Position numbers and translations under genes: made by a program. Source: Candidatus Latescibacterota bacterium (GTDB taxonomy: Bacteria > Latescibacterota > UBA2968). From it: a stretch of 64,000 nt of DNA. The stretch spans positions 2,912,001 through 2,976,000 of the forward strand of contig OZ220741.1 in NCBI GenBank assembly GCA_965116885.1, given 5' to 3'. This document shows, in pieces, positions 19,040 to 28,323 of this stretch (position 1 is its first letter; every line of letters starts with the position of its first letter). The notes beneath the pieces are model-generated. The model was given only the letters and a program-made list of their open reading frames with translations. It had not been told where the DNA came from and ran no database searches.

Positions 19040-19897
19040 TCACTGTGCTCTATTCAATTGCTTCCAATCCACTGACCATTCAATCCGCTCTTTGAGTTCG
19101 GTCAGCAATTTGGCGCGTTGCTCGCGTCGTCGTTCAGTCAGGATGCGTTTCTGAATCTCGCCGCGCACATCGACCAGGTCGCGTATTGATCCCTCGTCGT
19201 CCCGATCCATTACCTCGATGATATGGTAGCCCAATTCAGTGCGTATGCGTATCCGGTGCCCCAGTTTGGCTTCCCGACAGGCCTCCCAGAAAGAGGTGGT
19301 GACCATATCTTCGGTAAAATATCCCAGATCGCCGCCATTTACAGCCGACTGATCGATAGAAACTTCGCGTGCCACCTGCTCAAAAAATTCACCCTTTTGC
19401 AGCCGGTCCCACGTCCGATTCATTGCATTCCTATCTGCCACAACGAGATGCCGTACTCTGAGTTCGAGTTGATTGCGTTCAAAATCTGCCCGATGTTCTT
19501 CGTAATAGGTGAGAATTTCATCCTCTGAGATTTCGGCGTTGCGTGCGTATGTGCGGGTCATTAATTCGTTTGCCAACAGTTGTCTAACAGCGCGATCAAT
19601 GCGATCCGATAGTTCGGAATCCCGGTCGAGTTTTTGTCGCAGGGCTTCTTGGTGGAGGAGTTCTTCCTCAATCCAATTTTCGACCAATCTTTGTTTTTCT
19701 TTAGGCGAAAGTGTGTCTGCAAACGGGGCGGGAATACGCTTCTCCAATGCTTCTATGGTCAGATAGCGATTTCCCACCTGTGCCACGACGGAAGCTTTTT
19801 GTGGCCCCTCACAGCCCCATATGCCAATCAGGCAGATTATTGTGCCGATTTTCAAACACCGCGCTCGTTTCAAAACGCGATCCCCCATTGCGGTCAT
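19040..19897 (-). CDS. Parvulin (PpiC)-type peptidyl-prolyl isomerase, probable lipoprotein
   Basis: IWGC lipobox-like, VRHLVV, FEQVAREVSID...GGDLGYF, GYHIIEV. Confidence 0.88.
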   Translation of the reverse strand: MTAMGDRVLKRARCLKIGTIICLIGIWGCEGPQKASVVAQVGNRYLTIEALEKRIPAPFADTLSPKEKQRLVENWIEEELLHQEALRQKLDRDSELSDRIDRAVRQLLANELMTRTYARNAEISEDEILTYYEEHRADFERNQLELRVRHLVVADRNAMNRTWDRLQKGEFFEQVAREVSIDQSAVNGGDLGYFTEDMVTTSFWEACREAKLGHRIRIRTELGYHIIEVMDRDDEGSIRDLVDVRGEIQKRILTERRREQRAKLLTELKERIEWSVDWKQLNRAQ

Positions 19898-19961
19898 ATC
19901 CCCGCATGTGGCTCTAAACTATTGACAATAAAAAAGGTTCCGACTAATCGAATATACGCCT

Positions 19962-22900
19962 TCAAATTAGGCTCTGCAACACATTTTTAGCCGATTCTAA
20001 CCGCGATTGTGGTCCCTTGCCCATTAGCGCGACTTCGATTTTTGGCGGATCTCCCAGGGCAAATTCCAGGGGGAGTGGTGATTGTGTCACCATCCGTTCA
20101 ATATCCGTTCGCATCAGCGGTTTGTCTGGCGATAGGGTCATTGTCATGATCTGTCCGATTTGCAACTGCGACAACCTGAGTTGGCGGGCCAGGATTTTGA
20201 CCTGTAAGATGTCTAATAATGCAGTTGTAGGATCGGGCAAAGGTCCAAAGCGGTCCGCGAGTTCTTCCTCTATTGCCAGGACTTCCACAGTTTGCCGTAT
20301 CTGGCCCAATCGCTGATAAAACTGCATTTTTTGATCTGTATCCGGAATATAGTCGTCCGGAATATACGCCGAAACGGCTATCTGTACATCTGGCTCAATC
20401 GCGGGTTCGGTCTCATCGCCCTTAATTTGCCGCACGGCTTCGTCCAGCAATCGCGTGTATAAATCAAATCCCACGGCTGCGATATGTCCGTGTTGCTGGG
20501 CGCCGAGCAAGTTGCCCGTGCCCCTGATTTCCATATCTCGCATTGAAATGTGGAAACCCGATCCCAAATCCGAAAATTCTTCGATGGCCCGCAATCGCCT
20601 TACCGCTGGTTTTTTGAGTGCTTGCCACGACGGTACAAATAAATATGCATACGCTCGCTTATTCGATCGCCCCACCCGACCGCGCAATTGATACAACTGC
20701 GCTAATCCGAGGCGATCTGCCCGATTTACGATTAGCGTGTTCGCGTTGGGAATGTCCAGTCCTGATTCCACGATCATGGTGGAGACCAGAACATCGTATT
20801 TGTGCTCGAAAAAGTCCATCATCACTTTTTCGAGTTGCCGTTCGGGCATCTGGCCGTGTCCCATGCCAAAACGCACCTGTGGCAACAGGCGAGTGAGAAA
20901 ACCCATCATCGCGTGCATGGACTGGACCCGATTGTGTACAAAATAAACCTGTCCACTGCGATCTACTTCCCGTAAGATCGCTTCGGCTATGCGGTCTTCT
21001 TCAAAGGCCAGCACTTCAGTCTGAATTGGCAATCGGTCTTTGGGCGGGGTTTGTATGACCGACATATCGCGTGCGCCCATCAGCGACATGTGCAGGGTGC
21101 GTGGAATTGGCGTGGCGGTGAGCGTCAACACATCCACCAGACGCCGCATTTCTTTTAACCGCTCTTTGTGCCGCACCCCAAAGCGGTGTTCTTCGTCTAT
21201 GACCAGAAGGCCGAGGGATTTGAAGTTGACATCTTTTGACAATAACCGATGCGTGCCCACCACAATATCTACGGTGCCTTTCTTCATCGCCTCAAGAGTT
21301 CGCATTTGTTCGGCCCGCGTGCGGAAGCGGCTCAGGACCGCTACATGGATGGGAAATTCGGAAAACCGTTCGCAGAATGTGCGATAATGTTGCTGCGCCA
21401 AAATGGTTGTGGGGGCGAGCACTGCTATTTGTTTGCCGTCTAAAATCGCCTTAAACGCCCCGCGAATCGCCACTTCTGTTTTACCATATCCCACATCGCC
21501 ACAAATCAAGCGGTCCATGGCGGACTGTGCTTCCATATCTTTTCGCACGGCGTCAATCGCTTCTTGTTGATCTCGAGTTTCGCGATAGGGGAACGAGGCT
21601 TCCAGTGCATTCATTTCTGATCCATCAGGTGAAAATGCCGTGCCCGGTTGCGCCTTGCGTTCGGCGTATAATGACACGAGTTCTGCCGCCATTTTGAATA
21701 TGGCTTTGCGCGTCTTTTCCTTTAGCCTCTCCCATGCTACTGTACCCAATTTGCTCAATATGGGTACTACGCCATCTTGTCCAGAATATTTTTGCACCTG
21801 ATTCATCTGATCTACCGGCACAAAAACCCGATCCCCATCTCGATATCCAATGGTCAGACAATCGCTGGATATGCGGCCTATTTCAATTCGCTTCACGCCT
21901 TCAAACCGACCGATTCCGTGATCTACATGCACGACAAAATCGCCGCGCTGAAGAGCGGACACTGTCTTGATTGGCTGTGCATCTTGAAAGCGGCGATACC
22001 GTCGTCTGCGATGTACGCGGCTGTAAATTTCGTGGTCATTGATCAAAAAGACTTTGCCGGGACGGTATGTAAATCCGGATTGTAGTGTGCCTACGTACAG
22101 AGAGACTACATCGGCACTTTCTTCCAGAATTTCTTCCAATCGCGCTTTTTGCCCATCACTTTCACACAGAATGACCACTTCATAAGCGTCCAACCAGTAC
22201 TTTCGCAAATCCTCTTTTAATAGCTGTACATGGCCTTCGTAGTGTCGCCCACTCTGCCCACCCAATTCTACCACTTCTTCAGATATTCCTCCCAGTGCGC
22301 GGTTCAAGACCCGGGGCCTGTGTTCCATTTGCCGAAGTATGATTTTCGGTTGTCGGAGTACGCACCGCGCTGGCAGGGGTTCTGTTTCCGCCCGCCGTTT
22401 TTTTTGTCGCTGCGCGATTTGTTCACACGCGTGCCATGCGTTATCTGCAGCAGCAGCGATACCATCCGGGTCATCGAGGACGAGCCAGCATCCTTCGGGC
22501 ACGTAATCCAACAGGCCCGTTCTCTCGCCGTATAACACACTCAGGTAATGTTCCTGTCCTTCAAAAATGCCTTCGCGCTCCAATAAGTTTCGCACCTCGG
22601 GTAACTCAATGCCCAGATTCCGTTCTGCTATTTCCAGATTTTCCAAATAAATATCTGCCATTGTCAGCGGGAGTACGCTTTCCCGGCAGGGTAAAATGCG
22701 CGTTTCTTCCAATTGCGCGATAGACCGCTGGGTGCTCAGGTCAAATGCCCGGATAGACGAGATTTCATCGCCCCAAAATTCCAGCCTGACCGGGTGTGCA
22801 TTGCCAAATGAACAGATATCCAGGATGCCGCCGCGCATCCCAAATTGCCCCACACCTTCTACAGTTGTTACCCGTTCATATCCGATTTCCACCAGATGAT

Positions 22901-23369
22901 CGGCCAGTTGTAGAGGCGAGATTTCCTGCTCCAGGCGAAGGGTTTTTATACTCAAGTCAAAGAGGTCCGGAGGCAAGGTGTGTCCCATCAAGGCTTCGAT
23001 GGGTGTGACCACAATGCCACCGGCTTTCCGGTGCAACTGGTCCAGTGCCTCCATCCGCAAGCCCACGACATCGAGGTGCGGCGAGCGCCCGTCAAAATGC
23101 GCCACATCCCAACCTGGAAAGTAGCCCACGTGTTCTTCGTCTAATAGCCGCTCCAAATCATTGCGCAATGCCTCGGCGCGGTCCTCATCTGCACATACGA
23201 CTACCACAGGACCAGGTACGGTTTCTTCAATCCATGCGATTGCAAATGCCGATAGCGCCCCGGCGCCGCCGCGCATGGTTACGACCCGCTCTCCCGATTC
23301 CAGTTTTTGCGACAGGTCCTTAAATGGCGTCGAGTTTTTTATTCTGTTGTACAATCTATCAACCGACAT
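19962..23369 (-). CDS. mfd: Transcription-repair coupling factor
   Basis: RGGILD, GDFVVHVDHGIGRF (CarD-like), GDVGYGKTEVA, DEEHRFGV, TATPIPRT, QLRGRVGRS, TRCF tail. Confidence 0.98.
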   Translation of the reverse strand: MSVDRLYNRIKNSTPFKDLSQKLESGERVVTMRGGAGALSAFAIAWIEETVPGPVVVVCADEDRAEALRNDLERLLDEEHVGYFPGWDVAHFDGRSPHLDVVGLRMEALDQLHRKAGGIVVTPIEALMGHTLPPDLFDLSIKTLRLEQEISPLQLADHLVEIGYERVTTVEGVGQFGMRGGILDICSFGNAHPVRLEFWGDEISSIRAFDLSTQRSIAQLEETRILPCRESVLPLTMADIYLENLEIAERNLGIELPEVRNLLEREGIFEGQEHYLSVLYGERTGLLDYVPEGCWLVLDDPDGIAAAADNAWHACEQIAQRQKKRRAETEPLPARCVLRQPKIILRQMEHRPRVLNRALGGISEEVVELGGQSGRHYEGHVQLLKEDLRKYWLDAYEVVILCESDGQKARLEEILEESADVVSLYVGTLQSGFTYRPGKVFLINDHEIYSRVHRRRRYRRFQDAQPIKTVSALQRGDFVVHVDHGIGRFEGVKRIEIGRISSDCLTIGYRDGDRVFVPVDQMNQVQKYSGQDGVVPILSKLGTVAWERLKEKTRKAIFKMAAELVSLYAERKAQPGTAFSPDGSEMNALEASFPYRETRDQQEAIDAVRKDMEAQSAMDRLICGDVGYGKTEVAIRGAFKAILDGKQIAVLAPTTILAQQHYRTFCERFSEFPIHVAVLSRFRTRAEQMRTLEAMKKGTVDIVVGTHRLLSKDVNFKSLGLLVIDEEHRFGVRHKERLKEMRRLVDVLTLTATPIPRTLHMSLMGARDMSVIQTPPKDRLPIQTEVLAFEEDRIAEAILREVDRSGQVYFVHNRVQSMHAMMGFLTRLLPQVRFGMGHGQMPERQLEKVMMDFFEHKYDVLVSTMIVESGLDIPNANTLIVNRADRLGLAQLYQLRGRVGRSNKRAYAYLFVPSWQALKKPAVRRLRAIEEFSDLGSGFHISMRDMEIRGTGNLLGAQQHGHIAAVGFDLYTRLLDEAVRQIKGDETEPAIEPDVQIAVSAYIPDDYIPDTDQKMQFYQRLGQIRQTVEVLAIEEELADRFGPLPDPTTALLDILQVKILARQLRLSQLQIGQIMTMTLSPDKPLMRTDIERMVTQSPLPLEFALGDPPKIEVALMGKGPQSRLESAKNVLQSLI

Positions 23370-23401
23370 AAATTTTTAACTTTTCCTCCCAAACAGTACA
23401 C

Positions 23402-23442
23402 GCCAAAAAGCTCGACACATTGTTTGCGTCGAGCTTTTTGGC
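23402..23442. terminator. Intrinsic terminator hairpin after tRNA-Asp
   Basis: GCCAAAAAGCTCGAC...GTCGAGCTTTTTGGC inverted repeat. Confidence 0.75.
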
Positions 23443-23446
23443 AAGA

Positions 23447-23524
23447 TGGCGGGGTAGACGGGGCTCGAACCCGCGACCACCGGCGTGACAGGCCGGTACT
23501 CTAACCAGACTGAGCTACTACCCC
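23447..23524 (-). tRNA. tRNA-Asp(GTC)
   Basis: GGGGTAGTAGCTCAGTCTGGTTAGAGTACCGGCCTGTCACGCCGGTGGTCGCGGGTTCGAGCCCCGTCTACCCCGCCA. Confidence 0.97.
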
Positions 23525-23569
23525 AGGTTTAATTGTAAAATAATCTTCAAAATTCTATGAAGGTGTGAA

Positions 23570-23598
23570 AATTTAACAAGGTGTCTTTTCAGTGTCAA
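23570..23598 (-). promoter_or_regulatory. Sigma70-type promoter of tRNA-Asp
   Basis: TTGACA-N17-TAAATT on the minus strand. Confidence 0.65.
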
Positions 23599-23688
23599 GC
23601 AAATTTAATACATTATACCCCTTGTTTTTAGCATCTCATCTCATTATGTTAAGGCGATTTTGCGCCAGAACTTTCAAAGGAGAATTTT

Positions 23689-26600
23689 ATGACTCGACGC
23701 GATGCTGTATGGGTTGTTTGCTTCCTGATCGCAGGTGCGCTCGGTCTTACCTGTTATATTCAGTTTTTTGATCGCGCGCTTCCCGTTGCTTCGCTCAATT
23801 TTCGCGTAGATCGCGAACAAGCATATCAATCTGCTGAAGCATATCTTCACCGTCTGGGTTACGATCTCACAGATTACGAAAGTGCTCAGGTCTTCTCGTA
23901 TTCCAGCCTGCCCCAGGTGTTTCTCGAACGCACCCTGGGTCTTGAGGAAGCCAACCGACTCGTGCGCGAATGGGTCTCGGTATGGTATTGGAACATCCGC
24001 TGGTTTAAGCCACTGCAAAAAGAAGAACTCCGCGTGCGTATTGATCCCGGCGGACGCATCGTAGGGTTTACGCACAGTATCCTGGAGTCTGACGAAGGCG
24101 CGAGTCTTTCAGAAGAAGATACCCGTGTTATTGCGGAGACTTTTTTGACCGATGTGCAGGGCTTTCAACTCGACGATTACGAACCTATCGAAGCGTCGAG
24201 TACTGAGCGTCCCAATCGTATAGATCACACCTTTACTTACCGCAAAAAAGATTTTGTCGTGGGCGATGATGGGCACTACCGCTTGCGCGTTACAGTTAAG
24301 GGCGACAAAGCAGGTTATTTTGCCGAATATCTCAAAGTGCCCGAAACTTTTTCGCGCAATTATCGAGAAATTCGCTCGCGTGCGGGCCTGCTCACCAATA
24401 TTGCTTCGGTTTTCTTTTTTGCGCTGGGTATCGCAATGGTTGTCGTGCTCGTGCGAAAATATCGCCAGCGCACATTGATATGGCATGCTGCTCTTGGCGT
24501 GGGCATTCTCGTGGCTGCTACCAGTTTCCTCGGTGCCGTCAATGGATATCCGATCACGCGCTTTGGTTACGATACCACGCAGTCCTTTGTTTCTTTTATT
24601 CTCACCTTTATCTTCGGTGGTCTGTTGAGTGCTGTGTTGAGCGGGGTTATTATCGCGCTGTCCGGTACAGCCGGGGGAGCTGCCGCCCAGGATGTGGAAG
24701 GCTGGAAAAATCCGCTTGCGCGGCTATCTCTGCGCGGCTGGCGATCCGCGAGTTTTGCTCGCATCACCCTCATCGGTTATGGGCTTGCATTTGCCCACCT
24801 GGGATATGTGACCATCTTTTACATTTTGGGCAATGACTATCTGGGGGTCTGGTCTCCTGCGGCGATGACACAGTACAGCAATACGTATAGTACTTATTTG
24901 CCGTGGATTTATCCCCTGCTTATCGGCCTGCTCGCCGCGACGATGGAAGAATTTTTCTTCCGCCTGCTCGCTATTTCACTGCTCATTCGGTATTTAAAAA
25001 AGACCTGGTTGGCCGTGCTCATTCCCGCGATTGTGTGGGCATTTTTGCACGCGAATTATCCGCAGGAGCCTATTTATATTCGCGGTCTCGAACTCACAGT
25101 AGTCGGGGTCATCTTTGGTATTGTGTTTTTGCGCTACGGTGTTTGGGCAACGATTATTTCGCATTATGTGTACAATTGCTTCCTCGGCATCTATCCGATG
25201 GTGCAGTCCGATAGTCTCTACTTCAAGGTCTCGGGCATTCTGGCGGTTGCGATTATCTTTATTCCGGCGATTCCCGCTATTTTTGGTGTGATTACAGGGC
25301 GCTATAAAGAGATAGAGGAGCCCGAAGAGGTGTCGCTCCCTGAAGCACCAGAGGAGCCAGTATCTGAAACACCGATTTCCGAACCCGAACTACCCCCTGA
25401 ACCCGAGGTCGAGCGCAAAACCCCTTCGGATTATATCATTCCAAAGAGTGGTCTCGTCGTCTTTGGCATTCTCGGTCTGATTGGTTGGTCTGTGTATTTC
25501 ATATCCGACCTCCCGGGATTTGCCAAATACGCCCGCGAGTCCGTTATCACGCGGGCTGAGGCGATTGAGATGGCAGAGGACATCCGGCGTCAACTGGGGC
25601 TCGATCTCGAAGGCTATCAACGCACCACGTCATTTTCCAGCGGTTTTGGATCCGGCCATTTTACACATCTCATTCGAAATGTCGATCTGGCGCGTGCGGA
25701 CACGCTCGCTGCTGAGCATACAGCCTCGTGGCGCTGGAGGGTGCGCTGGTTCAAACCTCTGGAAAAGGAAGAACTCACCATCAGTATTGATGGCAATGGC
25801 GATTTTTGCCGCATATCGCATTATGTCCCCGAAAATCGGGAGGGCGCAGAACTCAGTACTGAAGAAGCGCAAGAGATCGCCGAGGCTTTTCTGTCTGAAT
25901 ATTTACAACGGGATGTGACCGATACGGTCCTTTACAAACGCCTTGAAGCTCGTTCGCAAAAGCGCGAAAACAGAATGGACCACAGTTTTGTGTGGGAACG
26001 CATAGATATCAAAGTTGAAGAGGGCGAATTTCGCATTACTGCCTCTGTACAGGGCGATCAAATCGGTCAGACAAACGCATACTACAAAGCACCTGAAGAG
26101 TTTTTGCGCAAATTGCGAGAACGCACGGCAAAAAGTACCATTGTCTCTACTGCCTCGACAATCGCCGTCATTGTTACGGCTGTACTTGCCATTATTTTCT
26201 TTTTACGCGCCTATCGCGATGGACATGTCAACTGGCGATTGCCCATTTGGGTTGGCATTCTATCTGGTGTGTGCTTTGTGCTCGCAACACTCAATAATCT
26301 GCCTGCGTTCTACGCAGGTTATAATACCAGTGAAGCAATGAGTACTTTTCTCGGAGATAAACTCATTGGCTTCGTCATAGGACTTGTTACTGCTGCGATC
26401 ATGGTTTTTTTACTTTGTGCATTTGGCGATACGATGTATCGCCGTGAACGGCCCGGCGAGATGCAAATTTCCGATTGGATCGATGTGCTTCGCCTGAAGA
26501 TAAATAGCACAGCGCTCTGGTGGCAGGTTGCATTTCTGGTCGTATGCTGTTTGGGTATTGCCAGGGGGAATGGCATTTTTTCATCTTATATCAATCTCAC

Positions 26601-27087
26601 CTATCTCGGCGATTATCTCGTAGCAGGTGGTGGCAGGCCCCCTGAAATCAATAGCTATTTCCCCGCATTTGGGGAGCTAATTGACGAAGTCAACGGTATG
26701 CTCATAGCTCCCTTTGCCATTCTGGGTATTCTGTTTGTCTTTTGGCGCGTGATAGGCAAGATAAATTTGCTGATTCTCGTCGTATTACTCGTGCTTATCT
26801 TCCAATCTGTGGTCTCGCCAGCAAAAGACTTTTACCACGCGGGCATTCTTCTCGCCAAAAGCATCCCCTATTGGGTGATTATGGCTTTTCTCATTTTGAA
26901 GTATATTCGCTTCAATCTGCTCTTTTACGCCGTGATGGCCTGGTGTTCAATTATTTTTGTCGGCATTCGCTATCTCAAATACGATCCCGGTATTTATCAG
27001 GTCAATGGCATTCTCATGATTCTCTTTGGTCTCGTTCCTCTCATTCTTGCCGTTCTCGCAGGGTACAAAGCGCGATCCTCGGCGTAG
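23689..27087 (+). CDS. Large internally duplicated membrane protein with CPBP (CAAX/Abi) intramembrane glutamic protease domain
   Basis: EEFFFR, WAFLH and SHYVYN CPBP motifs in the first half; WFKPLQKEEL and WFKPLEKEEL mark two homologous halves. Confidence 0.85.
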   Translation: MTRRDAVWVVCFLIAGALGLTCYIQFFDRALPVASLNFRVDREQAYQSAEAYLHRLGYDLTDYESAQVFSYSSLPQVFLERTLGLEEANRLVREWVSVWYWNIRWFKPLQKEELRVRIDPGGRIVGFTHSILESDEGASLSEEDTRVIAETFLTDVQGFQLDDYEPIEASSTERPNRIDHTFTYRKKDFVVGDDGHYRLRVTVKGDKAGYFAEYLKVPETFSRNYREIRSRAGLLTNIASVFFFALGIAMVVVLVRKYRQRTLIWHAALGVGILVAATSFLGAVNGYPITRFGYDTTQSFVSFILTFIFGGLLSAVLSGVIIALSGTAGGAAAQDVEGWKNPLARLSLRGWRSASFARITLIGYGLAFAHLGYVTIFYILGNDYLGVWSPAAMTQYSNTYSTYLPWIYPLLIGLLAATMEEFFFRLLAISLLIRYLKKTWLAVLIPAIVWAFLHANYPQEPIYIRGLELTVVGVIFGIVFLRYGVWATIISHYVYNCFLGIYPMVQSDSLYFKVSGILAVAIIFIPAIPAIFGVITGRYKEIEEPEEVSLPEAPEEPVSETPISEPELPPEPEVERKTPSDYIIPKSGLVVFGILGLIGWSVYFISDLPGFAKYARESVITRAEAIEMAEDIRRQLGLDLEGYQRTTSFSSGFGSGHFTHLIRNVDLARADTLAAEHTASWRWRVRWFKPLEKEELTISIDGNGDFCRISHYVPENREGAELSTEEAQEIAEAFLSEYLQRDVTDTVLYKRLEARSQKRENRMDHSFVWERIDIKVEEGEFRITASVQGDQIGQTNAYYKAPEEFLRKLRERTAKSTIVSTASTIAVIVTAVLAIIFFLRAYRDGHVNWRLPIWVGILSGVCFVLATLNNLPAFYAGYNTSEAMSTFLGDKLIGFVIGLVTAAIMVFLLCAFGDTMYRRERPGEMQISDWIDVLRLKINSTALWWQVAFLVVCCLGIARGNGIFSSYINLTYLGDYLVAGGGRPPEINSYFPAFGELIDEVNGMLIAPFAILGILFVFWRVIGKINLLILVVLLVLIFQSVVSPAKDFYHAGILLAKSIPYWVIMAFLILKYIRFNLLFYAVMAWCSIIFVGIRYLKYDPGIYQVNGILMILFGLVPLILAVLAGYKARSSA

Positions 27088-27096
27088 GAGGTATCT

Positions 27097-28311
27097 GTGG
27101 ACCATATCCGCACGGCCTGGCCGACTTCGGTGGCGGAGGAGGCGTACTGGCAGTCGATTCGCAAGCAGTATATGATTGCGTCGGATGAAGTTTATCTCAA
27201 TACTGGCTCTTTTGGTTCACAACCCAGGCCCGTGTTTGAGAAGATGCTGGAAATATTGGAGGATGTTGAACGCAATCCTACGCGACATCGAGCGGAATAC
27301 AACAGCGTTGTAGATAACTCTCGTGCCAGCCTGGCGGCGTTTGTCAATGCGCCGGCAGAGGATATTGCTTTTGCCACCAATGTTACTATGGCTATCAACA
27401 TGGTGGTGCATGGGCTGGATTGGCGTCCGGGCGATGAAATCCTGGCTTCCAATCAGGAATACGGCGCGATTGACAATTGTCTGCATCTGGCTGAACGCCG
27501 CTATGGCGTGGTGGTCAAGCGCGCCGAAATTCCCATTCCTCCCGAACAACCTGAAGATATTCTGAAAGTTTTTGAGGATGAATTTACAGATCGTACAAGG
27601 CTGGTTTTTTGCAGCCATATCGCCACTCGTACTGGTTTGATCACTCCGATCAAAGCTATTGCCGAACTGGCGCACGACCGCGGTGCGCTGATTGCAGTAG
27701 ATGGCGCGCACGCTCCTGGGATGATCCCGCTGAACTTGCGGGATCTCGGTTGCGATTTTTACGGCGGCAATTGTCACAAATGGCTCTGTGCGCCCAAAGG
27801 CACTGGTTTTCTTTATGCTTCGCCTTCGATGCAAGAACGACTCAATCATGTTGTTGTGAGTTGGGGATATAGCCAGGAAGGCACAAGGAGGGGAGCAGAC
27901 GGCATTTTGCGGATCAATGACCGTCCGTTTATGTGGGGGATTGAGAACTGGGGTACCCGGGATCAGGCCTGTTTTGCAGCGGTGAGCGCAGCGGTTGAAT
28001 TTCAAGAGGCGGTTGGCAAAAAGCGGATTCGGGAACGGGGACAGCAACTGGCGGCGTATCTGCGGGATCGTTTGGCAGCAACTGGTTGGGCAAAACAGCT
28101 CACGCCTTCCGTGCCAGACCTATCTGGATCGATCTCGGCTTTCCATCTTTCTGGATTTGACGATCTGGATCTTTATGAGCGATACCGGATTACTGTACCG
28201 ACTGCAAAGAGCGATGACGTTTACTGGATGCGCGTTTCCACCCATATCTGCAATGGTTTTGATCATGTAGATCGTCTGATAGATGCTTTAGGCGAAGAGA
28301 GAAATGCCTGA
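27097..28311 (+). CDS. Class V PLP aminotransferase fold enzyme (isopenicillin N epimerase/C-S lyase-like)
   Basis: YLNTGSFG, QEYGA, VDGAHAPG, GNCHKWLCAPKG, GTRD, RVSTH. Confidence 0.88.
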   Translation: MDHIRTAWPTSVAEEAYWQSIRKQYMIASDEVYLNTGSFGSQPRPVFEKMLEILEDVERNPTRHRAEYNSVVDNSRASLAAFVNAPAEDIAFATNVTMAINMVVHGLDWRPGDEILASNQEYGAIDNCLHLAERRYGVVVKRAEIPIPPEQPEDILKVFEDEFTDRTRLVFCSHIATRTGLITPIKAIAELAHDRGALIAVDGAHAPGMIPLNLRDLGCDFYGGNCHKWLCAPKGTGFLYASPSMQERLNHVVVSWGYSQEGTRRGADGILRINDRPFMWGIENWGTRDQACFAAVSAAVEFQEAVGKKRIRERGQQLAAYLRDRLAATGWAKQLTPSVPDLSGSISAFHLSGFDDLDLYERYRITVPTAKSDDVYWMRVSTHICNGFDHVDRLIDALGEERNA

Positions 28312-28323
28312 CTTGTTTTGTGT

